From the NCBI GenBank assembly GCA_017398125.1, contig JAFQHE010000007.1:13186-77185 (forward strand): a DNA stretch of 64,000 nucleotides. The letters run 5' to 3'. Source of the DNA: Bacteroidales bacterium. Lineage in GTDB: Bacteria; Bacteroidota; Bacteroidia; Bacteroidales; UBA932. Under the pieces are notes generated by a model that did not search any database, was not told the DNA's origin, and saw only the letters and a program-made list of their open reading frames with translations. The position numbers and the translations under genes are program-made. Below are positions 9,786 through 18,844 of this stretch, piece by piece. The stretch's first letter is position 1; each line of letters begins with the position of its first letter.

Positions 9786-10812
9786 CAGGATATATATAAC
9801 AGGTACATCACAAATATCCATTCAAGAACCGTTGTGTGAGCAGTGGATGGATTCTCCAATAAGTTATGATGTAAAATATACACGGGCCATTGATCCTAAT
9901 TTCAAGGAATTTGTCTCTCCGATTGAAGCAAGGAGAATGGGATTGTTGCTTAAAAGGGCTGTTGCAACATCCTATACGGTAATGAAGGAGTCGGGAATAT
10001 CCCAGCCCGATGCCATAATTACAGGAACCGGTCTTGGTTGTATTGAGAATACAGAACTGTTTCTCAATGCACTTTGCTTTGAGGGTGAAAATATGCTCAA
10101 GCCCACATATTTCATGCAGTCAACCCATAATACGATAGGTTCACTGCTCGCAATACGTACCAAATCGCACGGTTACAATGTTACATATGCCCATAAAGGT
10201 ATCTCTTTTGATTCTGCCCTCTATGATGCATATCTGCAGATGAGACTGAACAAGATCTCCAATGCTCTTGTGGGGTCGCATGATGAGATGACACCATCGT
10301 ACTTCAAACTTCTTCAAAAGGTAGGTTATGTAGGTGGAGATATGGAGGGTGTATGTGGAGAGGTTTCAATGGCCGCCATGCTTGAAAATGACTCTTCAAA
10401 GGCATTGTGTACTCTCCATTCGATGAGAGTGCTCTACAGACCGTCACTCCAGAAGCTTGAAAAGGCTGTTGAGCAGGTGTTGCAGGAGGCAGGTATAACA
10501 ATGGATGATGTGGATGGCGTAATTACCGGCATCAACGGAAACAGAAAGAATGATGAGGAGTATTCACGTTATACAGAGGAACTTTTCCCTGTAACTGCAA
10601 AATTGAGGTACAAACATCTGTTTGGAGAGTGCTACTCATCCTCTTCTCTTGCATTTTACAGTGCGGTACAATGTTTGAGACATGAAAGGATACCTCTGGG
10701 TATGGTTTACGGCAATGTGCAACTTAAGGATAGAAAGCCGGAGTATCTGCTGATTTTCAACCAGCAGGAGGAGAAGAATTTCTCAATCATTTTATTGGGT
10801 AAGCAGATATAA
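9778..10812 (+). CDS. KS-like protein lacking the active-site cysteine (chain-length-factor-like)
   Basis: ORF 9658-10812; the ATG at 9778 (MNNRIYITGT) overlaps the upstream stop by 8 nt. Thiolase-fold-like length (344 aa) but no ACxSG motif at the expected position (TYAHKGISFDSA). Confidence 0.7.
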   Translation: MNNRIYITGTSQISIQEPLCEQWMDSPISYDVKYTRAIDPNFKEFVSPIEARRMGLLLKRAVATSYTVMKESGISQPDAIITGTGLGCIENTELFLNALCFEGENMLKPTYFMQSTHNTIGSLLAIRTKSHGYNVTYAHKGISFDSALYDAYLQMRLNKISNALVGSHDEMTPSYFKLLQKVGYVGGDMEGVCGEVSMAAMLENDSSKALCTLHSMRVLYRPSLQKLEKAVEQVLQEAGITMDDVDGVITGINGNRKNDEEYSRYTEELFPVTAKLRYKHLFGECYSSSSLAFYSAVQCLRHERIPLGMVYGNVQLKDRKPEYLLIFNQQEEKNFSIILLGKQI

Positions 10813-10824
10813 TACAATTGCGAA

Positions 10825-11178
10825 GTGATACGGTTAATAATATACTCCATAATCCAGAGCATGCTTCTGTCGGGCGGACAGGTGCTTTTGAAACTTGCCC
10901 TCAACAGGATGGAGCCGTTTGGCTGGAACTGGAAGTGGTTCCATGACCTTTTTACCAACTGGTACTTTATGGGTTGTGGAATATGTTATGGACTCGGATC
11001 TGTGTTGTGGATGTATATCATAAAACACTTTCCATTCAGTATGGCTTACCCTATGATAAGCTTGAGTTATGTATTTGGAATGTTTGCCGCAATGATATTT
11101 TTCAATGAGCAGATTCCGCTTACAAGGTGGATAGGTGTTTTTCTCATTATCAGCGGCTGTTGTCTGATTGCAAAATAG
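10825..11178 (+). CDS. small 4-TM membrane protein (EamA/SMR-like)
   Basis: 117-aa ORF with GTG start and four hydrophobic segments; sits between the KS genes and the LolA-like gene. Confidence 0.6.
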   Translation: MIRLIIYSIIQSMLLSGGQVLLKLALNRMEPFGWNWKWFHDLFTNWYFMGCGICYGLGSVLWMYIIKHFPFSMAYPMISLSYVFGMFAAMIFFNEQIPLTRWIGVFLIISGCCLIAK

Positions 11179-11185
11179 TATTGGT

Positions 11186-11827
11186 ATGAAACGTATTCTT
11201 TTTTTGGCAATTTCACTATTTATAGGCAGTGCCGTTATGGCGCAGGATTATACTGCACTGAATCCCGATGAAAAAAACAGGGTAATGGAGACCATAAATT
11301 CTGCGGCTGCAAATATCGGTACCATGACATGTGATTTCTCACAGATCAAGGAGCTGTCGCTTATGGATGATAATATAACATCCTACGGCAAGATGTATTT
11401 CAACGGGGGAAACCGCTTGAGGTGGGAGTATATAAAGCCTTATCACTATACTTTTATACTCAATGGAAACAGTGTACTGCTCATAAGTGACGACAAGCAA
11501 GATAAGATTGATATAGGCACAAACAGAATTTTCAGCAATATCGCCTCAATCATGATGGGGAGCATCACTGGAAAATGTGTGCAGGATGGCAAGGAGTTCA
11601 GGGTGTCAATATACTCGTCAGACAAGGCATACAAGATAGAGCTTACTCCTGTCAGGAAGGAGTTGAGACAAATCTTCTCAAAGATTAACCTCTTCTTTGA
11701 CAGGGCGAATTCAATTGTGAACAGGGTTGAACTGTTGGAAAATACCGGAGACAGGACTGTTATTCTCCTTGAAAATATCACTCAAAACAAGCCAATTGAT
11801 GAAGCGGTTTTTAATACTGGCAATTAG
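11186..11827 (+). CDS. LolA-like outer-membrane lipoprotein carrier-fold protein
   Basis: ORF 11168-11827; ATG at 11186 gives signal peptide MKRILFLAISLFIGSAVMAQ. FSQIKE...GKMYFNGGNRLRWEY...ILNGNSVLL pattern typical of the LolA family. Confidence 0.75.
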   Translation: MKRILFLAISLFIGSAVMAQDYTALNPDEKNRVMETINSAAANIGTMTCDFSQIKELSLMDDNITSYGKMYFNGGNRLRWEYIKPYHYTFILNGNSVLLISDDKQDKIDIGTNRIFSNIASIMMGSITGKCVQDGKEFRVSIYSSDKAYKIELTPVRKELRQIFSKINLFFDRANSIVNRVELLENTGDRTVILLENITQNKPIDEAVFNTGN

Positions 11828-12215
11828 TCTCTTTGCAAATGTCTGCCTTCTTCATTCCCAGGAAAACTTTTTCCCAAAACATGATGGAGAGAAGAAGAGT
11901 TATTCCATTACCGTAAAATATAAGGCAATGGAGCTTCAGGGGATATTGGTCGTAAAGCAGGTGGAGCAGTGTCTCAGATGCACGCTTGTGAACCAGTTTG
12001 GAATAAAGGCATTTGATTTTGAGTACAATATTGACAAGAAGAGGGGAAAAGTGAGTAATGCTATCAGTTTTCTTGACAAATGGTACATAAGGCGTACTAT
12101 AAAAAGGGATCTGAAGAAGATTTTCAAGAATATGGATTCGCTTCCTGTCAGGGATTCGGCAGTGGATCTTTCAAACCTCAGACTTACTATAGACTATACG
12201 ATAAAACCTTTATAG
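11799..12215 (+). CDS. small secreted/lipoprotein of unknown function (DUF3261/ApeN-like position)
   Basis: ORF 11727-12215; ATG at 11799 gives MKRFLILAISLFANVCLL (signal peptide with possible lipobox Cys). Overlaps the LolA-like gene by 29 nt. Confidence 0.5.
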   Translation: MKRFLILAISLFANVCLLHSQENFFPKHDGEKKSYSITVKYKAMELQGILVVKQVEQCLRCTLVNQFGIKAFDFEYNIDKKRGKVSNAISFLDKWYIRRTIKRDLKKIFKNMDSLPVRDSAVDLSNLRLTIDYTIKPL

Positions 12216-12227
12216 AAAACTACAGCT

Positions 12228-12599
12228 ATGAAACTTCTAAACAGCTTTTTTTCAATTAAAGAAGAGACAAATGGTGCCGGCGGCATCATTTTCAAGGTTG
12301 AGCTTGATAAAGAGCATTTCATATACAAGGCCCATTTCCCCGAAAATCCAATTACTCCGGGCGTCTGTATAATACAGATAGCACAGGAGCTGATGGAACT
12401 GGTAACAGGTAAGGAGCTGGTGCTGGATACGGTTGCAAATGTAAAGTACATTCAGGTTATCTCTCCAGTTGAAGATCCTGTTGTCTTCTATGAGTTCGGG
12501 GCACCATCATTGGCAGATGGGGTTTGCAAATGTAAAGTTACCGTAAAAGGGGAGGGCAAACTCTTTACAAAGCTTTCACTAATATATAATGTCATCTGA
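12228..12599 (+). CDS. hotdog-fold dehydratase (FabZ-like, second copy)
   Basis: 123-aa ORF with AHFPENPITPGV catalytic-His motif of FabA/FabZ dehydratases. Confidence 0.8.
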   Translation: MKLLNSFFSIKEETNGAGGIIFKVELDKEHFIYKAHFPENPITPGVCIIQIAQELMELVTGKELVLDTVANVKYIQVISPVEDPVVFYEFGAPSLADGVCKCKVTVKGEGKLFTKLSLIYNVI

Positions 12600-14091
12600 T
12601 ATGGAGCATAAGAAGAGGGATCTTGCAGATGCTCCATCGATATTGGACAGATTGTGTGTAATCATTCCAACATACAATAATGAGAAGACATTGTTGGATG
12701 TAGTTGCCCGTACATACAATTATTCAAAAAATATAATAGTGGTAAATGACGGTTCCACAGACTCTACACTTGAACTTCTCCACACTTGCCAAACCCCTTT
12801 TACACTTGTCAGTTACAATGTAAACAGGGGCAAGGGATATGCACTTATAGAGGGATTCAAAAAGGCAAGGGAGCTTGGATATGATTATGCCATAACAATA
12901 GATTCCGACGGCCAGCACTATCCTGAGGACATCCCGTTGTTTGTGGAGGCTGAAGAGAAGAATCTGGGCAGCTTCATAATAGGAAGCCGTACATTGGAGA
13001 ATAAGGATATTTCAAAAGGAAGTCTCTTTGCCAACAAGTTCTCCAACTTCTGGTTTTTCATCCAGACCGGAATAAGTTTGCCCGATACGCAGACAGGATA
13101 CAGGCTCTACCCTTTGAAAAAATTGAAGTGGACATCACTTGTCACCTCAAGATATGAGTCTGAACTGGAGCTTCTTGTCTTTCCTGCATGGCATGGTGCC
13201 AGAATGGTTCCAATTGATGTGAATGTATTTTACCCCACAAGAGAAGAGAGGGTCTCTCATTTCAGGCCAGGACTCGATTTTTTCAGAATAAGCATTCTCA
13301 ACACAGTACTATGTTTTGGAGCATTGTTATATGCTTTGCCACGCAAGCTGCTGCTCTTTATACGTACAGTATGGTACACGCTCTTCTCATTCTTGTTCTT
13401 CCTTACAGGTGTATCATTATTGACCCTTTTCTGTCTGTTGTATTTCAATATAGGCCCGGATTCGCATAAGAAGAGATATACTCTGCACAAGATTCTATAC
13501 CGCCTTTCGGGATTCATCTCCCGGAATATTCCCGGTGTAAAATTCTCTTTGAGCAATCCCCATAATGTAGATTTCTCAAAACCGAAAGTTCTTATATGTA
13601 ACCATCAGTCACACCTTGATCTGATGTTTACAATGATGCTTACACCAAACCTTGTAATACTTACAAACAATTGGGTTTGGAACAACCCGTTTTACGGTAA
13701 AATAATAAAATATGCAGAGTTCTATCCTGTAACAGAGGGTGTGGAGAGCAGTCTGGAGCATATAGAATCACTTGTCAACAGAGGCTATTCGGTACTTGTA
13801 TTTCCGGAGGGAAGCCGCTCAGCGGATTGCCGCATTCAGCGTTTCCATAAAGGGGCATTCTATATATCTGAACTCCTTAAACTTGATATAGTGCCAATCT
13901 TCCTGTATGGTGCAGGTCTTGTTCTTCCCAAAAAGCTTTTCTATCTCAGAAAAGGAAAAGTGCATGTTGAGGTGCATGCACCAATAAGATGGAACGATAT
14001 GGAGATGGGTGAGAACTTCAAGAAGCGGACACGTGCTTATGAACGTTACTACAAGCGCGAGTTCAAGAGAATATCCATTGAACAGGCATAA
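12589..14091 (+). CDS. glycosyltransferase family 2 / PlsC-type acyltransferase fusion protein
   Basis: 500-aa ORF. N-terminal GT2 signatures are IIPTYNNEKTL, VVNDGSTDST and ITIDSDGQH. A central TM region is followed by C-terminal NHQSHLD (HX4D, nt 13600-13620) and FPEGSRS acyltransferase motifs. Confidence 0.85.
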   Translation: MSSDMEHKKRDLADAPSILDRLCVIIPTYNNEKTLLDVVARTYNYSKNIIVVNDGSTDSTLELLHTCQTPFTLVSYNVNRGKGYALIEGFKKARELGYDYAITIDSDGQHYPEDIPLFVEAEEKNLGSFIIGSRTLENKDISKGSLFANKFSNFWFFIQTGISLPDTQTGYRLYPLKKLKWTSLVTSRYESELELLVFPAWHGARMVPIDVNVFYPTREERVSHFRPGLDFFRISILNTVLCFGALLYALPRKLLLFIRTVWYTLFSFLFFLTGVSLLTLFCLLYFNIGPDSHKKRYTLHKILYRLSGFISRNIPGVKFSLSNPHNVDFSKPKVLICNHQSHLDLMFTMMLTPNLVILTNNWVWNNPFYGKIIKYAEFYPVTEGVESSLEHIESLVNRGYSVLVFPEGSRSADCRIQRFHKGAFYISELLKLDIVPIFLYGAGLVLPKKLFYLRKGKVHVEVHAPIRWNDMEMGENFKKRTRAYERYYKREFKRISIEQA

Positions 14092-14104
14092 TCGGGTTTA
14101 TCTT

Positions 14105-15595
14105 ATGGCCAGGCGTTGTGTAGTTATAGGAAGCGGATTGGGAGGATTGTCATGTGCTTTGGTACTGGCAATGAACGGCTATAAGGTTACTGTGCTGGAG
14201 CAGGGTAATCAGGCTGGAGGGTGTCTGCAGTGTTTTACGCGCAAAGGGGTGAAGTTTGAGACAGGTATGCATTTTGTCGGGAGTGCCGCAGAGGGGGAGG
14301 TGCTATACAAACTTCTGAAATATCTTGGAATTGAGAGTGATATAGAGCTCCAAAGGCTTGATCCCGACGGTTATGAGATCATCTCCATAAATGGTGACAG
14401 ATTCCCCTATGCAAGTGGTGTAGGACCGTTCATTGAACGGATGTCATCATATTTTCCCAGTGAGAAAGATAACCTTGCAAATTATTGGCAGTGTGTAAAA
14501 AAGGTTTCCAAAGCATCATCTTTAAACTCATTCGTCTCTTCGGGATATGCTGTGGATACGGAGTATCAGACACGAAGCATTGATGAGGTGATCTCTTCTA
14601 TAATCAAGGATCCTCTTTTGAGGGATGTATTGGTTGGCTCCCTGCCGTTATATACGGCAGAGAGGGGAAGGACTCCCTTTTCACGACATGCTTTCATAAT
14701 GGATTTTTACAACCGAAGTGCATTCAGAATAGTTGGAGGCAGTGACTGCATTGCCAATGCAATAATCAGAAGAATAGACAGTTTTGGAGGAGAAGTCCTT
14801 ACCAAAAAACGTGCAGTAAAGATAGTATGTGACTCTGCCAAAGCTACGGGTGTATTGGCTGAGGACGGATCGCTCTATGAGGCGGATGTTGTAATATCAG
14901 CAATTCATCCGGTAAGAACACTTGAACTTGTTGAGTCGAAATTGATAAGGCCTGCATTCCGTGAAAGAATATCAAATATAAGGAATACACCGGCAGTCTT
15001 TTCTCTCTATCTCCATTTCAAAAAGGGGAGAATACCCTATATGAACCATAATTTTTACAGTTATAAGAACTGTTCACCATGGGATTGCCATAAATATCAG
15101 CCGGGAGAGTGGCCTGCATCATATCTCTATATGCACTCCTGCCATACAGCTGATCCAAAGTTCGCTGAGTGCGGTACGGTGCTGGCATTCATGTCAATTG
15201 AGGAATTGGCCCGTTGGAGTGACACTACAATAGGCCGAAGGGGAGATGAGTATATGGAGTTCAAGGCCCAAAAAGCAACGGCTCTGCTTCATGCACTTGA
15301 GTCAGATTTTCCGGGAATTACCAGTTGCATAGAGAATTATTATACCTCCACGCCATTGACCTACAGGGATTATACCGGAACTGTAGATGGCTCAATATAT
15401 GGAGTGGTTCAGGACATTACCGCAGGACCGGCAGGCAGGGTGCCGCATAAGACAAAGATACCAAACCTGTTGCTGTCGGGACAAAATATAAATTCACATG
15501 GTATAATGGGAGTGCTGGTAGGAACAATTGTAACTTGTTCAGAACTGCTCTCTCCGGAAAAGATATATAAGCAGATGGAGGAGGCAAGCAGATGA
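14105..15595 (+). CDS. FAD-dependent oxidoreductase, phytoene-desaturase (CrtI) family
   Basis: ORF 14009-15595; ATG at 14105 gives MARRCVVIGSGLGGLSCA (GxGxxG dinucleotide fold). About 497 aa, C-terminal LLSGQNINSHG. Confidence 0.8.
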   Translation: MARRCVVIGSGLGGLSCALVLAMNGYKVTVLEQGNQAGGCLQCFTRKGVKFETGMHFVGSAAEGEVLYKLLKYLGIESDIELQRLDPDGYEIISINGDRFPYASGVGPFIERMSSYFPSEKDNLANYWQCVKKVSKASSLNSFVSSGYAVDTEYQTRSIDEVISSIIKDPLLRDVLVGSLPLYTAERGRTPFSRHAFIMDFYNRSAFRIVGGSDCIANAIIRRIDSFGGEVLTKKRAVKIVCDSAKATGVLAEDGSLYEADVVISAIHPVRTLELVESKLIRPAFRERISNIRNTPAVFSLYLHFKKGRIPYMNHNFYSYKNCSPWDCHKYQPGEWPASYLYMHSCHTADPKFAECGTVLAFMSIEELARWSDTTIGRRGDEYMEFKAQKATALLHALESDFPGITSCIENYYTSTPLTYRDYTGTVDGSIYGVVQDITAGPAGRVPHKTKIPNLLLSGQNINSHGIMGVLVGTIVTCSELLSPEKIYKQMEEASR

Positions 15596-17085
15596 GTGAT
15601 GTAATAATAATAGGAGGTGGCCTTGGAGGACTCTTCTGTGGAGCAATTCTGGCAAAGGAGGGTTATAAGGTTGATGTTTTTGAGAAGAATGCCCGGATAG
15701 GGGGTGGATTGCAGAGTTTTGTACGCAGTGGCGAGAGGTTTGATACAGGAATGCATATGCTGGGCGGCTTTACAGAGAATGGCAGCGTAAGCAAATTGTG
15801 CAGATACCTTGGCATAATGGACAAGCTCAAACTCAAGCGGGTTGACCGTGATTGTATGGATACCATCCACTATTTCAGTGACTCCATGCAGTATAGGATT
15901 GGTGAGGGACGCGAGGGGTTCATCTCTTCTCTTGCAGCATATTTTCCCGAAGAGGAGGAGAATATAAGGAGTTATGTTGATGCCCTTTACAGGATTACAG
16001 ACGGCGTTGATTTTTTTCATCTCAGAAGCGGTAGCGCAGATCTCTATTCATTGGACAAGGAGGCATTTATGCCCGCGGATGAGTTGATAGCCTCTTTTAC
16101 GCAAAACAGGAAGTTGCGTGATATTCTGGCCTACCTTAACTCTACGTATGGCGGTGTTGCCGGACATACTCCGTCATATATCCACGCCTTGATAAATGTC
16201 CTCTACATTGAGGGGACATACCGGTTTGTTGATGACAGCTGCCAGATGGCACAACTGCTTCAGCAGATAATTGAGGGGAGTGGAGGTAATGTATATGCAG
16301 CAAATCCTGTTACCCATATAGCTGTAGAGGAGAGGCAGATTACCCATGTCACAGACAGTTATGGCAAAAAACATTCTGCTGACAGGTATATCTCTACTAT
16401 CCACCCGGTATCATTGTTGGAACTCCTTGACAAGGGTGTTTTTCCAAAGGCATATTGCAACAGGCTCCAGAGTATTCCAAATACCTCTTCGGCCTTTCTG
16501 CTCTACCTTGTACTTAAGGAGAATTCTTTCCCATATATCAACCACACCTGTTATTGTCAGGATGATTATGGAGATGCTTGGGAACTTTACAGATATGATG
16601 ACAGATGGCCAAAGGGACTTATGTATATGACACCGCCAGTCTCCAATCAGGGTGAATATTCAAGAAAGATGATAGTGGTTGCGCCTATGGAGTATGGGGC
16701 GGTGGAGCAGTGGAGTGGTTCAACTTTGGGAATAAGACCCGATTCATATGCAAAATGGAAAGAGGAGTGCGTTGAAAGGTTGTTGTCAAAACTGGAGAGG
16801 GTATGCAAGGGCATAAGGGGGCAGATTGAACATATAACTGCGGCTTCTCCATTAACAATCAGGGATTATTATAATGTTAAGGAGGGTTCACTGTATGGAT
16901 ACAGGAAAGATTGTGAAAACATAATGCTTTCCCAGGTACCCATTTATACAAAATTGAAGAATTTGTTGCTGTCGGGACAAAATATAAATCTGCATGGAGT
17001 ATGTGGAGTGGCATTGACGGCAGTCAATACTGTTGAGGCCCTTTTGGGTTCAGATGTTATTGTAAATAAAATTAATAATATTTAA
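15592..17085 (+). CDS. FAD-dependent oxidoreductase, phytoene-desaturase (CrtI) family (paralog)
   Basis: 497-aa ORF whose start overlaps the upstream stop (ATGA). IIGGGLGGLFCG motif, and the same C-terminal LLSGQNINLHG motif as the preceding gene. Confidence 0.8.
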   Translation: MSDVIIIGGGLGGLFCGAILAKEGYKVDVFEKNARIGGGLQSFVRSGERFDTGMHMLGGFTENGSVSKLCRYLGIMDKLKLKRVDRDCMDTIHYFSDSMQYRIGEGREGFISSLAAYFPEEEENIRSYVDALYRITDGVDFFHLRSGSADLYSLDKEAFMPADELIASFTQNRKLRDILAYLNSTYGGVAGHTPSYIHALINVLYIEGTYRFVDDSCQMAQLLQQIIEGSGGNVYAANPVTHIAVEERQITHVTDSYGKKHSADRYISTIHPVSLLELLDKGVFPKAYCNRLQSIPNTSSAFLLYLVLKENSFPYINHTCYCQDDYGDAWELYRYDDRWPKGLMYMTPPVSNQGEYSRKMIVVAPMEYGAVEQWSGSTLGIRPDSYAKWKEECVERLLSKLERVCKGIRGQIEHITAASPLTIRDYYNVKEGSLYGYRKDCENIMLSQVPIYTKLKNLLLSGQNINLHGVCGVALTAVNTVEALLGSDVIVNKINNI

Positions 17086-17090
17086 ATTTG
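17083..17090 (+). promoter_or_regulatory. candidate Bacteroidota -7 box (TAAATTTG) in the largest intra-cluster gap
   Basis: Exact TAnnTTTG match overlapping the stop codon of the second CrtI-like gene, 54 nt upstream of the radical SAM ATG. Confidence 0.3.
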
Positions 17091-17143
17091 TATCTTTATA
17101 CTTGGATAATAAACTGAAATTTAAACATATAAAAACGAAAGTC

Positions 17144-18427
17144 ATGAACAGAATTAAAATGAAGCTCATATATCCTAAGTGGCAGAAACTTAGAGGTCAA
17201 ACTACATTTAACCTGCCGCCGCACGGACCAGTTGCATTTGCCGCTACTTTGCCCGATTATGTGGATGTCTCATTTACTGACGAGAATGTTGAGGAGATTG
17301 ATTTTAATGAGGAGTGTGATATTGTAGCTCTTTCAATGATGTTGAGTACTCAGGTCAAGAGGGGCTGGGCTATTGCGGAGGAGTTCCATAAGAGAGGCAA
17401 GAAGGTCATTGCCGGAGGTATATCAACAATGCTTCATGCGGAGGATACAGTGAATTATGTGGATTCTGTATTTTTGGGTGAGTCTGAGGGACGTATGGAA
17501 GAGGTTATGCAGGATTTTATGAGGGGAGAGCTTAAAAAAGTGTATAACTATATGGGTAAACAACCGGATATAGAGTTGGTTGGCCCATGTAGAAGAGACT
17601 TGTACAAGCGAGAGTTGTATAACCATAAAGGTGTGCAGATGGTAGATCTGTTCCATGCGAGCCGCGGTTGCCGTTTCAGCTGTTATCCATGTGCAGTGAC
17701 TTATCTTGGAGGAAGATGCTTCAGACCAAGGCCAATTGATAAAGTTGTTGAGGATATGGCTTCAATTGACAACAACCGTCTCTTTATAGTTGACAACTCA
17801 TTGGCTCAGAACAAGGAGTGGGAGAAAGAGCTGTTCAAGGCAATTGCTCCTTTGAAGAAAAAATGGATCAGCCATACAATAGAGGATGATCCTGAGATTC
17901 TTGATCTGGCTGCTAAGGCAGGTGCATGGTATGTATATCAGGCAGTGTATGACACTTCAGACTATATCAAGGAGCGCATCAAGAGATACCATGATTATGG
18001 CATTGGTGTAGAGGGTACTATCCTTTTGGGTCTTGACAACCAGACTGAAGATGACATAAAGAGACTTATTGACTTCTTGGGAGAGATTGACCTTGACCTT
18101 GCGGAGTTCACTGTATTGTCTCCATTCCCTCATACAAAGGCCTACGACGATTTGTTGCGTCAGGGCAGAATCTTTGATTTCGATTGGGATCACTACAATG
18201 CCGGTCAGGTAGTTTACCAGCCTAAGCACATGTCTCCTGAAAAGCTCCAGGAACTTTATGATTATGCGTGGAAGAGCTTCTATGCAAGCGAGAGCCAGGA
18301 GCAGAAGATGTTCCGTCTCTTCTGTAATGTGGCCCTACGTGAGATGGAAGAGGGTACATACCGTCCAAGAGACCGAAAATTGGCTAACAAATCATTTGGA
18401 AAGGATGTGGTCAGAAAGATCAAGTAG
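17144..18427 (+). CDS. B12-binding-domain radical SAM enzyme
   Basis: ORF 17102-18427 (TTG); ATG at 17144. Radical SAM cluster motif CRFSCYPC (CxxxCxxC) is preceded by an N-terminal domain about 150 aa long, resembling a cobalamin-binding fold (VALSMMLSTQ...KKVIAGG). Confidence 0.8.
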   Translation: MNRIKMKLIYPKWQKLRGQTTFNLPPHGPVAFAATLPDYVDVSFTDENVEEIDFNEECDIVALSMMLSTQVKRGWAIAEEFHKRGKKVIAGGISTMLHAEDTVNYVDSVFLGESEGRMEEVMQDFMRGELKKVYNYMGKQPDIELVGPCRRDLYKRELYNHKGVQMVDLFHASRGCRFSCYPCAVTYLGGRCFRPRPIDKVVEDMASIDNNRLFIVDNSLAQNKEWEKELFKAIAPLKKKWISHTIEDDPEILDLAAKAGAWYVYQAVYDTSDYIKERIKRYHDYGIGVEGTILLGLDNQTEDDIKRLIDFLGEIDLDLAEFTVLSPFPHTKAYDDLLRQGRIFDFDWDHYNAGQVVYQPKHMSPEKLQELYDYAWKSFYASESQEQKMFRLFCNVALREMEEGTYRPRDRKLANKSFGKDVVRKIK

Positions 18428-18462
18428 AATAAAAAAATTACTGTCATAGAGGATTTTTAGTT

Positions 18463-18822
18463 ATGAAAGTATCGGAAAAATACTACGATGAGATATTCCC
18501 ATTTAAAGGACAATGGGACATGCACTCCACTTGTGGTTTGAAGATTAAGGTTGTAGAGGGTGTCAATTATGTGATCGTAACAGAATTGTATCAGGATAAT
18601 CCGGGTACATCTGTAACTTATGCGGGCAAATCTTTGGCTGAGCAGATATGCAGTGCAAAAGGGTTGGATATTGAGAATATCAAATATTGGGAGTGTACTC
18701 CAAATACCAACTCCAAGCTCTCTTTCTATGGAGAAGAGTATTTTGAGGTGAACTTCAATGCTCAGCCCAATGAAAGGTACCGTAAGGTTCCGCAGGAGGA
18801 GATAGATAAAGTTTTGTCATAA
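18463..18822 (+). CDS. hypothetical cytoplasmic protein
   Basis: 119-aa ORF with no signal peptide and no recognised motif. Same strand, 35 nt after the radical SAM gene. Confidence 0.55.
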   Translation: MKVSEKYYDEIFPFKGQWDMHSTCGLKIKVVEGVNYVIVTELYQDNPGTSVTYAGKSLAEQICSAKGLDIENIKYWECTPNTNSKLSFYGEEYFEVNFNAQPNERYRKVPQEEIDKVLS

Positions 18823-18844
18823 ACAGACCGTCAATTTTAGAGTG

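Noticed and set aside
15409-16020. 203-aa minus-strand ORF spanning the junction of the two CrtI-like genes
   Set aside because: It lies entirely antisense to two + strand genes with strong motif support (GxGxxG folds, conserved C-termini). It has no recognisable motif and a Cys/Ile/Leu-skewed composition typical of shadow ORFs.
17086-17143. Cobalamin riboswitch upstream of the B12-binding radical SAM gene
   Set aside because: The gap is only 58 nt and AT-rich. That is far too short for a cobalamin riboswitch aptamer, and it has no B12-box-like GC-rich core.
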